Positions 17,653 to 26,338 are shown, counted from the first letter of the stretch. The stretch is DNA of 64,000 nucleotides from Deltaproteobacteria bacterium (GCA_014191855.1 BJHF01000021.1:3293-67292), one strand, 5' to 3'. Numbers and translations are program-made. Notes: generated by a model not told the origin, from the sequence alone.

Positions 17653-18468
17653 CTACGGCAGGCACAAGCACGCCATGTGCTCGTACCCGTACACGTCGGC
17701 CGCATCCGAGAGATCCTGCTCACAGGAATTGATCTTGATGTAGGTGCTGGGATCGCCCGAGCATACGTCGGGATCGGCGCTGAAGATCAGGCCGATCTGT
17801 TGGTCGCCGAGGTCCGGGCAGCCGCTGTACCCCTCCTTGGTGCAGAAGGTCTTGCAGGTCCGCTGCAAGTCGTTCGAGCAGTCGGCGGCCACAACGCACT
17901 GCCCTGCGGAGCACGTCGGCCCGCTCTCCTCCTTCTGTGAGCTGTTGTAGGCTTCGTACGCCTCGCACTGCACGCCGCAGCCGCCGCAATTCGCAGCATC
18001 TGTGGTGAAGTCGATGCACGCCCCGCCGCAGCTGGGCTCCCCGTCGCAGTGGAAGGTCACGGCGACGGTAGCAGGCGCGGACTCGCCGCCCGAGTTGTCC
18101 ACGAAGATCGCCTCGAAGGTGCGCTTGTCCTCGGAGTCGAAGTCGAGGGATCGCACGCCGCCGATGTCGTCCCAGGAGAGCGTGAGCTCCCAATTCTCAC
18201 CGTCGTTCTCGAAAATCCCGTAGGTGTCGCCCCCCTCGGCGTCGGTGAGCGTGCCGCCGGCGACATCCCCGGTGCCCTGCGGGTCGGTGACGAGCGCCGT
18301 GAAGGTGACCGTACCCCCATCGCTCAAGCGGTCGGTATCCGCGATGAACGTGGCGATCTCGGGGCCAGAAGGCTCGGCGGAGTCGGCGCCGAGGCCGGTG
18401 CAGGCGAGGGTGGCGAGGGTGGTGGCGAGGAGGAGGGAAACGCGGCGCATCCGGCGGAGGTAACGCAT
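17653..18468 (-). CDS. secreted Cys-rich lipoprotein
   Basis: ORF 17653..18501. Signal/lipobox MRYLRRMRRVSLLLATTLATLAC (start 18468 or 18450). The C-terminal half has many Cys (CGGACIDFTTDAANCGGCGVQCE). Confidence 0.7.
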   Translation of the reverse strand: MRYLRRMRRVSLLLATTLATLACTGLGADSAEPSGPEIATFIADTDRLSDGGTVTFTALVTDPQGTGDVAGGTLTDAEGGDTYGIFENDGENWELTLSWDDIGGVRSLDFDSEDKRTFEAIFVDNSGGESAPATVAVTFHCDGEPSCGGACIDFTTDAANCGGCGVQCEAYEAYNSSQKEESGPTCSAGQCVVAADCSNDLQRTCKTFCTKEGYSGCPDLGDQQIGLIFSADPDVCSGDPSTYIKINSCEQDLSDAADVYGYEHMACLCLP

Positions 18469-18520
18469 CGACGGGGCACCCAACGCGCAGCCCGCCGTCA
18501 ACCCCGCCTCCCCGCCGCCC

Positions 18521-19315
18521 TCACTTGACTTCGTACACCCCCGCGGAGCTCACCTTGATCGTGGGAATCACCCGTGTCTCCCGAAACTTCGCCTCCCCCG
18601 CGGCCAGCGTTTCCCAGAACGCGTTGTGCTGGGGAAACTCGTTACTCGCGATGAGCTTCGGCATGTCCCGGCTCGGGAAGATGTGCACCTGCACCGTGCG
18701 CTTCTGCTCCCGCACGGCGCTCGCGATCTGCCAGAGCTCCTCGATGCGCTCGTCACTCATCGCGAGGCAGCCGATCGAGACGCACGAACCATGGATCATG
18801 ATCGCGCCGCCCGGGCGCTTCGGGTCGCTGAAGTGGCGGTCGGCGGCGTTGGGGTAGCTCACGCGCATGGAGAGGTGGTAGTCGCTCACCGGATTGAACA
18901 GGTCGATCGTATAAAATCCCTCGGGCACCTGTTGGTCGCCCTCGTAGCGCTTGGGGCCCAGCTCCCCCGACTGGGCGCAGATTCCCCAGGTCGCGATCTG
19001 CGCAAGCGGACCGGCGTTCCCCGCCCACACCTCCAGCTCTCCCTGCGCCTTGAACACCCGCAGGAGCACCGACTGGGGTGGAAAGGTCACGCCTGCCGCG
19101 GAGAACAACGCCTCCACCGTTGGCTTTCGCTTGGCGGAGAGCGCGGTGCGCGCCGACCCGGAGAGCGCGCGAGAGGCGTGGTAGTCGGTCGGCTCGCGGA
19201 TGGCGGGGCGGGGCGGGGGTGCGGGCGCTTCCACCGGCGTCGGCATGAACGGCGTGACGGAGGCCGGCTCCTCTGCGGCGACGGAGCAGGCGAAGGCGAG
19301 GATGGCGATCATCAT
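18521..19315 (-). CDS. L,D-transpeptidase family (YafK-like) lipoprotein
   Basis: ORF 18521..19549. True start is ATG 19315 (MMIAILAFAC lipobox). Catalytic region GGAIMIHGSCVSIGCLAM. The N-terminal 78 codons of the track ORF are just the translated 51-bp repeats. Confidence 0.8.
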   Translation of the reverse strand: MMIAILAFACSVAAEEPASVTPFMPTPVEAPAPPPRPAIREPTDYHASRALSGSARTALSAKRKPTVEALFSAAGVTFPPQSVLLRVFKAQGELEVWAGNAGPLAQIATWGICAQSGELGPKRYEGDQQVPEGFYTIDLFNPVSDYHLSMRVSYPNAADRHFSDPKRPGGAIMIHGSCVSIGCLAMSDERIEELWQIASAVREQKRTVQVHIFPSRDMPKLIASNEFPQHNAFWETLAAGEAKFRETRVIPTIKVSSAGVYEVK

Positions 19316-19360
19316 CGGTAGTGTAGCGCGTGGCCGGGCGGCGCCGCCGAGCGATCGCCA

Positions 19361-19557
19361 CAACCGGGCTCGACCTACTCGCCGGAGTAACGGCACCCCG
19401 GTTGAACCTATCAACCGGGCTCGACCTACTCGCCGGAGTACGGGCACCCCGGTTGAACCTATCAACCGGGCTCGACCTACTCGCCGGAGTACGGGCACCC
19501 CGGTTGAACCTATCAACCGGGCTCGACCTACTCGCCGGAGTACGGGCACCCCGGTTG
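19361..19557. repeat. tandem array of 3.9 copies of a 51-bp REP-like palindromic unit
   Basis: Units at 19361, 19412, 19463 and 19514 (the last truncated at the upstream stop codon). Units 2-4 are identical and unit 1 has 2 substitutions. The unit is CAACCGGGCTCGACCTACTCGCCGGAGTACGGGCACCCCGGTTGAACCTAT, with nested inverted repeats. Confidence 0.95.
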
Positions 19558-20115
19558 CTACGGCGCCGTATAAACGTCCCCTCGCCCCTCGATCACCACC
19601 TCGTTCGAGCTGAGCGAGTCGTCAAAGGTGAACACCCCCGCCGCGCGGGGCCAAAGGTCGGCGCCGTCCGCGGCATCCACATCGTAGAACGCGATCACGC
19701 CGGTTTGAACGCTCCAGTCGCCGACGTTCACCGTGGCGCTGGTCGCGCCCTCGTCGATCACATCGCCGGCCGCCGCGCTCGTCGCGAACGTCTGGCCGCC
19801 CAATTCGCCACCAGCGCACAGCGCGGTGTTCATGGTGTTCACGGGCATGTCGAAGACGTACCAGTGGATCACCTTCACGTCGCTCGGCCCGAAGGCTTTG
19901 CCCGCGCTGTCCTTGCTGAGCCCGCTCCAGTCGAAGCTCAGCTCCGCACACTCGCACACGGCTTGCGACTGCATCACCTGGGCGAAACAATCGGTGTCGA
20001 AGGCAGAGGTGTCGCCCGCGCTGTCCGCCGCGGTGTCCGCCGTGTCGTCGGCGCCCGTGTCTTTGGCGGCGGTGTCGTCGACGGCGGGGCAGGCCAGGAA
20101 GATGGGGAGGAGCAT
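19558..20115 (-). CDS. lipoprotein of unknown function
   Basis: 185-aa ORF. MLLPIFLAC lipobox and an acidic Asp/Thr-rich linker. High GC3. Confidence 0.7.
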   Translation of the reverse strand: MLLPIFLACPAVDDTAAKDTGADDTADTAADSAGDTSAFDTDCFAQVMQSQAVCECAELSFDWSGLSKDSAGKAFGPSDVKVIHWYVFDMPVNTMNTALCAGGELGGQTFATSAAAGDVIDEGATSATVNVGDWSVQTGVIAFYDVDAADGADLWPRAAGVFTFDDSLSSNEVVIEGRGDVYTAP

Positions 20116-20158
20116 CGCGCCGCCTTATCCCGTCGCGCATCGGAGGTTAGCCTCCCCG

Positions 20159-20653
20159 ATGCCCGACCCCTGGAAGCCGTGCTCCGTGTGCAAGAAGCCC
20201 ATCTTTCCTGGGCAGAAGTGGTACAAGTGCAGCGTCTCGACGTGTAACTCCACGAGGTTGCCCCTGGTGTTCTGCTCGATGGGCTGCTGGGATGCCCACG
20301 TGCCGACGATGAACCACCGCAGCGGTGTGTGGGCCACAGATGAGCGGGCCCCCGCGGCCACGACCCCGACGCCGGCCGCCCCGAGCGCCCCCTCCGTCGT
20401 GACCGTGCACCGCCCGGGGGACGCGGAGCGGCGCATGATCCGCCCGGCCCCGGCGCCCGCGGAGCCGGACGAGGTGCTGATCATCGCGAGCCGCCTCAAG
20501 GACTTCGTGAAGGCGAAGGCGGACTACAACACGTCGGCAGATGTGATGGAGGCGCTGTCCGACATCGTGCGGGATGCGACGCTTCAGGCGATCGACCATG
20601 CCCGCAGCGAGGGGCGGCGCACCGTCATGGCCCGGGACTTCCGCCTTCGGTGA
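20159..20653 (+). CDS. zinc-finger (HIT/MYND-like Cys/His pattern) plus histone-fold (DUF1931-like) protein
   Basis: ATG 20159 within ORF 19733..20653. N-terminus is C-x2-C-x12-C-x4-C-x10-C-x3-C-x3-H-x4-H. Pro/Ala linker. C-terminus LIIASRLKDFVKAKADYNTSADVMEALSDIVRDATLQAIDHARSEGRRTVMARDF resembles single histone-fold DUF1931 proteins. Confidence 0.6.
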   Translation: MPDPWKPCSVCKKPIFPGQKWYKCSVSTCNSTRLPLVFCSMGCWDAHVPTMNHRSGVWATDERAPAATTPTPAAPSAPSVVTVHRPGDAERRMIRPAPAPAEPDEVLIIASRLKDFVKAKADYNTSADVMEALSDIVRDATLQAIDHARSEGRRTVMARDFRLR

Positions 20654-20763
20654 TCGCGCGGCGAGCCCAGGGCAGCGATGCGTCCGCCCGCCGCACCTTG
20701 CGTTGCGTCCAGGCTCAAGTTGGCCGATCGCCGGCCGACTCACCCGGCACACCCAGGCCCCGC

Positions 20764-22479
20764 ATGGCAAACGACACCACCCCCTCCCCCTCCGGAACGT
20801 CGGCCCCGGCCCGCAAGCGCATCGGCGAAGTGCTGGTTGAAGCAGGACTCGTGAGCGTGGAGCAGGTGGTGATGGCGCTCGCCTACCAGCGCGTCCATGG
20901 CGGCCGTATCGGCGCCGCCCTCGTCGCCCTCGGCATGCTCGACGCCGACCAGCTCAACGGCGGCCTCGCGGCCCAGCTTGGCATCGCCACCGCCGATCTC
21001 GAGTCACTGTCGCCCCCTGAAGACCTGATGGCGCTCCTCCCGGAGCCCTTCATCCGCGACCGCAAGGTCATCCCGCTCGCGGTCCAGAACCGGGCGTTGG
21101 TCCTTGGAATGGTGGACGCGCAGGACCAGAAGACCATCACCGAGGTCGGCCGCGCAACCGGCCACCGCAACATCGAGCCGCGCCTGATCACCGAGGGCAG
21201 CTTCGAGCGCTTCCTCGCCGGCCGCTTCACCACGCCCGAGGTCATCCAGGATCTGCGGACAGCGCTTGGTGAGAACGGCGCCGCCCTCTTCGAGAAGGGC
21301 GCCGCACTCGACGGCGCCCCCATCGTCTCCTTCGTGGAATGGCTGCTCCGCTACGCGGTAAAGCAAGGAGCGAGCGACATTCACATCGAGCCGTACGAGA
21401 GCTACGTCCGAATTCGGCTGCGTGTCGATGGTTCGCTCCGAGGCATCCTCACCCCGGCCGCCACCCTCGCCTCGCCGATCATCTCGCACATCAAGGTGAT
21501 GGCGCAGATGGACATCTCCGAGCGTCGCAAGCCGCAGGATGGCCACATCGAGATTCCCAGCGCCGAAGAGGAGCTTCATTTTCGCGTTTCGACGCTGCCC
21601 GTCGTCCACGGCGAAAAATGTGTGATCCGGCTCCTGCGCAAAGAAGGCCACCTCGCCGATCTCGCGCGCCTGGGCTTTGGCCGCGAACAATACAAGCTGA
21701 TCTGCGACACGGCGGCGCTTCCGCAGGGGCTGATCCTGGTCACCGGGCCCACCGGCTCTGGCAAAACGACGACGCTCCACGCCGTGCTCAACCACATCAA
21801 CGACCCCGACATCAACATCGTGACCATCGAAGATCCTGTCGAGCAGACGCTCCCCGGGATCAACCATGTGCAGGTGTCGGAGAAGGGTGGCGTGACGTTC
21901 AGCTCCGCCCTCCGGTCCATTCTTCGCCAGGACCCAGACATCGTGTTCGTCGGCGAGATGCGCGACCCGGAAGTGTCCGCAATCGCCGTGAAAGCGGCGC
22001 TCACCGGGCACCTCGTACTCTCCACGCTCCACACGAACGGCACGGCGGAAACCTTCGCCCGACTCGCCGATATGGGACTTCCCAGCTACCTCATCGCCAG
22101 CTCCGTGCAGCTCGTGGTGGCCCAGCGCCTGGTGCGCCGGGTATGTAGCTGCGCGATCATCGGCTCCGTGGACGCCGAGCTCGTGGATCGCTTTGGCCTC
22201 ACGGAGGCCCAGTTGGCCACGGCCGTGCTCAAGAAGCCAGTTGGATGCCCACGATGCCTGAACACCGGGTACAAGGGGCGCGTGGCGGTCTACGAGATGG
22301 TGGCGCCGAGCGCGAAGCTGCGCGAGGTGCTGCGGACCGGCGGCGGCGAAAGCGAGATCGTCGCGTGCATGAAGTCGGAGGGCGTGAAGTGGATGTGGGA
22401 TTCGGGCGTGGCCCGCGCGCTGGCGGGCGAAACGACGCTGGAAGAGGTGGCGCGAACGATCAATCCGCCGGCGAAGTAG
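20764..22479 (+). CDS. GspE/PilB-family secretion ATPase (orphan)
   Basis: ATG 20764 within ORF 20650..22479. N-terminal T2SSE_N/MshEN-like domain. Walker A GPTGSGKTTT. His box LVLSTLHTN. Tetracysteine CSC...CPRC. Confidence 0.88.
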   Translation: MANDTTPSPSGTSAPARKRIGEVLVEAGLVSVEQVVMALAYQRVHGGRIGAALVALGMLDADQLNGGLAAQLGIATADLESLSPPEDLMALLPEPFIRDRKVIPLAVQNRALVLGMVDAQDQKTITEVGRATGHRNIEPRLITEGSFERFLAGRFTTPEVIQDLRTALGENGAALFEKGAALDGAPIVSFVEWLLRYAVKQGASDIHIEPYESYVRIRLRVDGSLRGILTPAATLASPIISHIKVMAQMDISERRKPQDGHIEIPSAEEELHFRVSTLPVVHGEKCVIRLLRKEGHLADLARLGFGREQYKLICDTAALPQGLILVTGPTGSGKTTTLHAVLNHINDPDINIVTIEDPVEQTLPGINHVQVSEKGGVTFSSALRSILRQDPDIVFVGEMRDPEVSAIAVKAALTGHLVLSTLHTNGTAETFARLADMGLPSYLIASSVQLVVAQRLVRRVCSCAIIGSVDAELVDRFGLTEAQLATAVLKKPVGCPRCLNTGYKGRVAVYEMVAPSAKLREVLRTGGGESEIVACMKSEGVKWMWDSGVARALAGETTLEEVARTINPPAK

Positions 22480-22564
22480 GGGTATTGCCAGGCATGTAGG
22501 CGCCGGACCCTGTGCCGGCGGGACGGGAGCTGCGCGCTGCTGCGGCCTGGTAGCTGGGCCAGGC

Positions 22565-23980
22565 GTGGGTAGGAACGCAGCGCGCTTCGCCCACCACGCT
22601 AAGCTCCCCCCACTCCCCGTGCCCCTCCTCCTCGCCAGCCCCTACCACCTTCCCCTCGATCCCCAAGAGGTCGCCGCCGGCAAGCCATATCCGCCCCTCG
22701 GAACACTGGTTTCCGCGGCGGAGCTGCGCGCACAAGGCCACGAAGTCGCGTTCTACGACGCCACCTTCAACCACGACCCGACAACCTTCGCCGGTGCCCT
22801 TGATGGCCACCGCCCCGCCAAAGTGGCGATCGTCTCCGACCCGCACGCGGTGCCGGTGAAGATGTGCACGATCGCGCAGCGAACGGCCGCGCTCACGATG
22901 ATCGAGTCGGCAAAATCACGCGGCGCGGAAGTGCTCATCGCCGGCCCCGATGTCACGGACCACCCGGGGGTGTACGAGGCCGCCGGAGCCGATGTCATCG
23001 TGCTCGGCGAGCACGACGGCGCGTTGCCCGAATGGGCAAACGGCGCGCTACAAAGCGGGCGCACGAGCCGCCGAAAAAACCGACCCGACCTCGACACGCT
23101 CCCCGATCCCGCTTGGGACCTCGTGGACCTGCCCGCGTATGCCACCCGATGGCGGTCGCGACACGGGCGCTGGGAGCTGAATTTGTCTACGGCGCGCGGC
23201 TGCCCCTATCGCTGCAATTGGTGCGCGAAGCCAACGTGGGGGCGCAGCTATAACGTGGCGTCGCCCGCCCGTGTCGCGACAACGATTCGCAGTCTACGCG
23301 CCGCCCACGCCCCCGACTCCCTCTGGTTCACCGACGATATCTTCGCGGTGAAACCCTCGTGGCTCAGCGAGTTTCGCGCGCTCGTCGGCGAAAATCCCCT
23401 CCCCTTCCGCTGCAACACCCGCGCCGACCTCGTACGCGAGGGCGCCTACGTGCGCGACCTCGCCGCCGCCGGCTGTACCGAGGTGTGGATGGGTGCGGAG
23501 AGCGGCAGCGACCGCGTGCTCGCCGCCATGGAAAAGGACCAGACCCGCGCCGACGTGGACACCGCGGTCGCCCGCCTGCGCGACGCCGGCATCCGCGTCG
23601 GCTTCTTCCTCCAGCTCGGCTACCCTGGGGAGAAGCTGGCGGATGTACGCGCGACGGTCGAAATGGTGCGCCGCCTGAAGCCCGATGAGATCGGCGTGTC
23701 CGTGGCCTACCCGCTCCCCGGCACGCCGTTCCATGACCGCGTGAAAGCCGATCTCGAACGCGCCAACTGGACGTCGTCGATGGACAACGAGGTCCTCTTC
23801 GCCGGCGCCTACCCGCAGCCCTTCTACGACGCGGCCAGGGAGGTGCTGCGGGCCGAACATGCCTGGCTCACGTGGCGGCCAGAGCCCACCCGGCGGGGGC
23901 TTCGGCGCACAGCGGCGCTGCCGTACCACGCGGCGCGCTGGCCACTCCATCAGGCGAAGTTGGCCTGGTACGGGCGGTAA
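22565..23980 (+). CDS. B12-binding-domain radical SAM protein
   Basis: N-terminal cobalamin-binding-type Rossmann domain (PPLGTLVSAAELRAQGHEVAFYD). CPYRCNWC (CxxxCxxC) cluster motif. The start may instead be GTG 22619. Confidence 0.8.
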   Translation: MGRNAARFAHHAKLPPLPVPLLLASPYHLPLDPQEVAAGKPYPPLGTLVSAAELRAQGHEVAFYDATFNHDPTTFAGALDGHRPAKVAIVSDPHAVPVKMCTIAQRTAALTMIESAKSRGAEVLIAGPDVTDHPGVYEAAGADVIVLGEHDGALPEWANGALQSGRTSRRKNRPDLDTLPDPAWDLVDLPAYATRWRSRHGRWELNLSTARGCPYRCNWCAKPTWGRSYNVASPARVATTIRSLRAAHAPDSLWFTDDIFAVKPSWLSEFRALVGENPLPFRCNTRADLVREGAYVRDLAAAGCTEVWMGAESGSDRVLAAMEKDQTRADVDTAVARLRDAGIRVGFFLQLGYPGEKLADVRATVEMVRRLKPDEIGVSVAYPLPGTPFHDRVKADLERANWTSSMDNEVLFAGAYPQPFYDAAREVLRAEHAWLTWRPEPTRRGLRRTAALPYHAARWPLHQAKLAWYGR

Positions 23981-24078
23981 CGCGGACCCGACCCGTTTCT
24001 GCTCCCCCCTGCTGCGAAGCGGGTCCGCGAAGTGCGGTTGGGGGTGTCCCGCAGGGAGGGAGGCGGGAATTCTCGGCC

Positions 24079-24127
24079 GCCCCCCTCCGGCCTTCGGCCA
24101 CCTCCCCCCGGCAGGAGCCGGGGGAGG
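24079..24127. repeat. GC-rich palindromic element, copy 2 (intergenic)
   Basis: Same 32-nt core as 5474-5505. It is closed by CCTCCCCC(C)GG-caggag-CCGGGGGAGG. Confidence 0.85.
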
Positions 24128-24524
24128 ACTTGAGAGATCGCTCCGAATCAACGACCGTTCGTAAAACGCCCGGCTCTACGATCTCCGCTCGCCTCCGAAG
24201 GCCCGCGCGCCGCCACCGCCACCGCCGTGGCCACCGCCACCGCCACCAAGCCGTCGCAGCCAGCCTTAGCGGGATGCTCGGGTCTGCCTCCCTCTTCCTC
24301 GAGCCGCCGAACGGTTCGCCCTGGCCACTGCTGGGGCGGGTGACGGTGCAGGCCGTCGCCACCGAGCGGCGCTGCGACGCGAGCGTGGCGGCGGCCTGCG
24401 CCGGCAGGACCCAACACAAACCTGGGTTCGTCTCGTTCTTCGGCCGTGATTCCGGGTCGCCGCCCCGAGCCGTCCCGCCCCAACGGCGCCGCGTCCTGCA
24501 CGGCGATCCCGTACGGAGCCGCCG

Positions 24525-26258
24525 TCAGTGCCGCCGGTGCCGATGCCGCCGCGGCCGCGACCAAGGCTCGGGCGCATCCGCGTCGTCGCTCCAGGTGCCC
24601 GTGCTCGCGGGGGCTTCCTCCACGGTCGTGACCGACTCGTCAGCGGGCACCGCGGCGGCCTCTTCTTCGACGATGCACTCTTCCACGGCTTCTTCCACCG
24701 CTTCGGCCTCTTCCGATGCATCCGACGTGGGGAGCTCCTCCTCCACAACCGCTTCGGCCTCCTCCACAGCCACCGCCTCTTCCGCGTCCGGCTCTGCGGC
24801 CTCCGTCGTCACCGCCTCGCCAGTGTCCGCCACCGCAGCGTCGCCTTCCTCTGCCGCCGCCACCGCGCCGGTATCCGCGATCTCCGCCGCTTCTTCGCCG
24901 CAACCCGCGCCATCGTACACGCTCGCATCGCCGTCGTCGCAATCGCCTTCCAGGTAGGTCTGACCGTCCCCGTCGAGATCCCCCGCCACCGAGTCGATGT
25001 AGCTCGGGCTGGTCCACTCGTACTCAAGGGTGTCGAGACCGCCGTCGTCGCAACCAGCGGTGCCGTACCACAGGTCCCCGTCGATCTCCACCGCCGCGTA
25101 AACCCAGCCGCCCGCCTCGGCTTCCGTGATGGTGGTGTCAAACAGACCGCCCCCTTCATCTGTCATCGGGAACCGCCCTTCCGGCGTCACCAGGTCGACT
25201 GCGGTGACGTAGGCTGCAAGGTCGGCCGGCACCTCCACGTCCACGTCGAGGTCCTGATCGACAGGCAGGCCCAGCTCGTCTCCCAGCGTGCCCAACGCGG
25301 CGCCGCCGCTGGTGAAGGTGATCGCGACCGGCATCGAGGTGCCCGTGGTCGCGATCGTGCGGCGCTCCTGCATTGCATCGTAGATTTGTTCGCGATCAAA
25401 GCCGTCGGCCGTGGGGATCGCCACGAGCGTCAACCCCCCGCCGTAAGGGTGGTTGGGCATCTCGTCGTCCAACTCACACACGTCCCCAGGGCGTGAGTTG
25501 TGCTTGTCGGTGCCCGCGCCAAAGCCCAGCCGAAGCGCGCTAGCGTCCGGATCTATCGCCTCGTGGACGGTGCTGTCGGCCGCGTCCCCGCTCCACATGT
25601 CGTCGTAGCCGACGCTGTCCCCCATGCTGTTGCCGTGCTCCGAGTACACCTCGACCATCGGCTCGAACAGCTCGGAGTGGCAGTCCCAGTCGGTGGGCAT
25701 GGGCACCGAGGCGGCAGGGTGATGCGGCACGAGCAACACGTGGCCGAAGCTGGCCTCCAGGTTGGTCGCCCAGGTTTCCACGGCGCCGCACGTCACCACG
25801 TCCATGGCCGTACTGCCGATCGGCTGCGCGTCCGTGATGTCGAACGTGGCGAGATCGGCGTCCTCCCCGAACATCAGGAGCGTTTTGTGCCCGAGCTTCG
25901 CGCCCCCCTCCATCAGCCAAACCTCGGCCGCGGGGAGGGTAATGAAGCCCCCCACGACATCATTCTCAGCAATCGCGAGATCGACCAGGTCGGCGTAGTC
26001 GCTCGCGGAAGCCGGCACCTTCAAACCGTTGACGTGATCGGATACGGCCGCGAAGTCCAGACCGTTGTCCCGCGCGGTTTGGAAGATGTCCTCAAAATCT
26101 CCGCAATCAAAGCGGCATGTTCCCGTGAGATCGTTTGATCCGCCGTCCCCGGAAACGCCGGAGTGGGCGTGGATGTCCCCGAGGTAGTACGACGTGTCCC
26201 CCAGCGTGTCCGACCCGGACGCAGGAAGGGCAGCGAGCGTGAGAGCGAGGACAAGCAT
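24525..26258 (-). CDS. secreted PHP/DUF3604-like metal-dependent phosphoesterase with long acidic tail
   Basis: 577-aa ORF with a signal peptide (MLVLALTLAALPASG). His clusters DIHAHSG, VSDH, VPHHP, YSEHGN, GTDKHN. C-terminal ~110 aa are Glu/Ala/Val-rich and end in RPRRHRHRRH. Confidence 0.7.
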   Translation of the reverse strand: MLVLALTLAALPASGSDTLGDTSYYLGDIHAHSGVSGDGGSNDLTGTCRFDCGDFEDIFQTARDNGLDFAAVSDHVNGLKVPASASDYADLVDLAIAENDVVGGFITLPAAEVWLMEGGAKLGHKTLLMFGEDADLATFDITDAQPIGSTAMDVVTCGAVETWATNLEASFGHVLLVPHHPAASVPMPTDWDCHSELFEPMVEVYSEHGNSMGDSVGYDDMWSGDAADSTVHEAIDPDASALRLGFGAGTDKHNSRPGDVCELDDEMPNHPYGGGLTLVAIPTADGFDREQIYDAMQERRTIATTGTSMPVAITFTSGGAALGTLGDELGLPVDQDLDVDVEVPADLAAYVTAVDLVTPEGRFPMTDEGGGLFDTTITEAEAGGWVYAAVEIDGDLWYGTAGCDDGGLDTLEYEWTSPSYIDSVAGDLDGDGQTYLEGDCDDGDASVYDGAGCGEEAAEIADTGAVAAAEEGDAAVADTGEAVTTEAAEPDAEEAVAVEEAEAVVEEELPTSDASEEAEAVEEAVEECIVEEEAAAVPADESVTTVEEAPASTGTWSDDADAPEPWSRPRRHRHRRH

Positions 26259-26338
26259 CCGACCGTCATTCTAAGGGAGGCGTCAACGACCTGTAAAGGC
26301 GCCGTACCCCCTGCGAACACGAATTCGCGAACTTTTCC

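Noticed and set aside
19316-19549. N-terminal repeated peptide (PVLRRVGRARLIGSTGV x3) of ORF 18521..19549 as a genuine repeat domain
   Set aside because: It would precede a perfect lipoprotein signal peptide (MMIAILAFAC at 19315), which must be N-terminal. The segment is simply the 51-bp (17-codon) DNA repeat read in frame, and the opposite strand gives an equally long repeat ORF (19330..20247).
23271-23280. Extra copy of the array palindrome TGTCGCGACA inside the radical SAM CDS
   Set aside because: It is a single 10-mer with none of the flanking array modules. It encodes ordinary residues (RVATT), and a chance occurrence in 2 x 64 kb of this base composition is plausible.
24148-24564. 138-aa ORF in the gene-less region downstream of the radical SAM gene
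   Set aside because: Third-position G/C is clearly weaker than in neighbouring genes. The sequence is dominated by the GCCACC microsatellite (VAVAVATAVAVAA) and Arg/Gly runs. It overlaps the 3' end of the DUF3604-like gene, and no motif was recognised.
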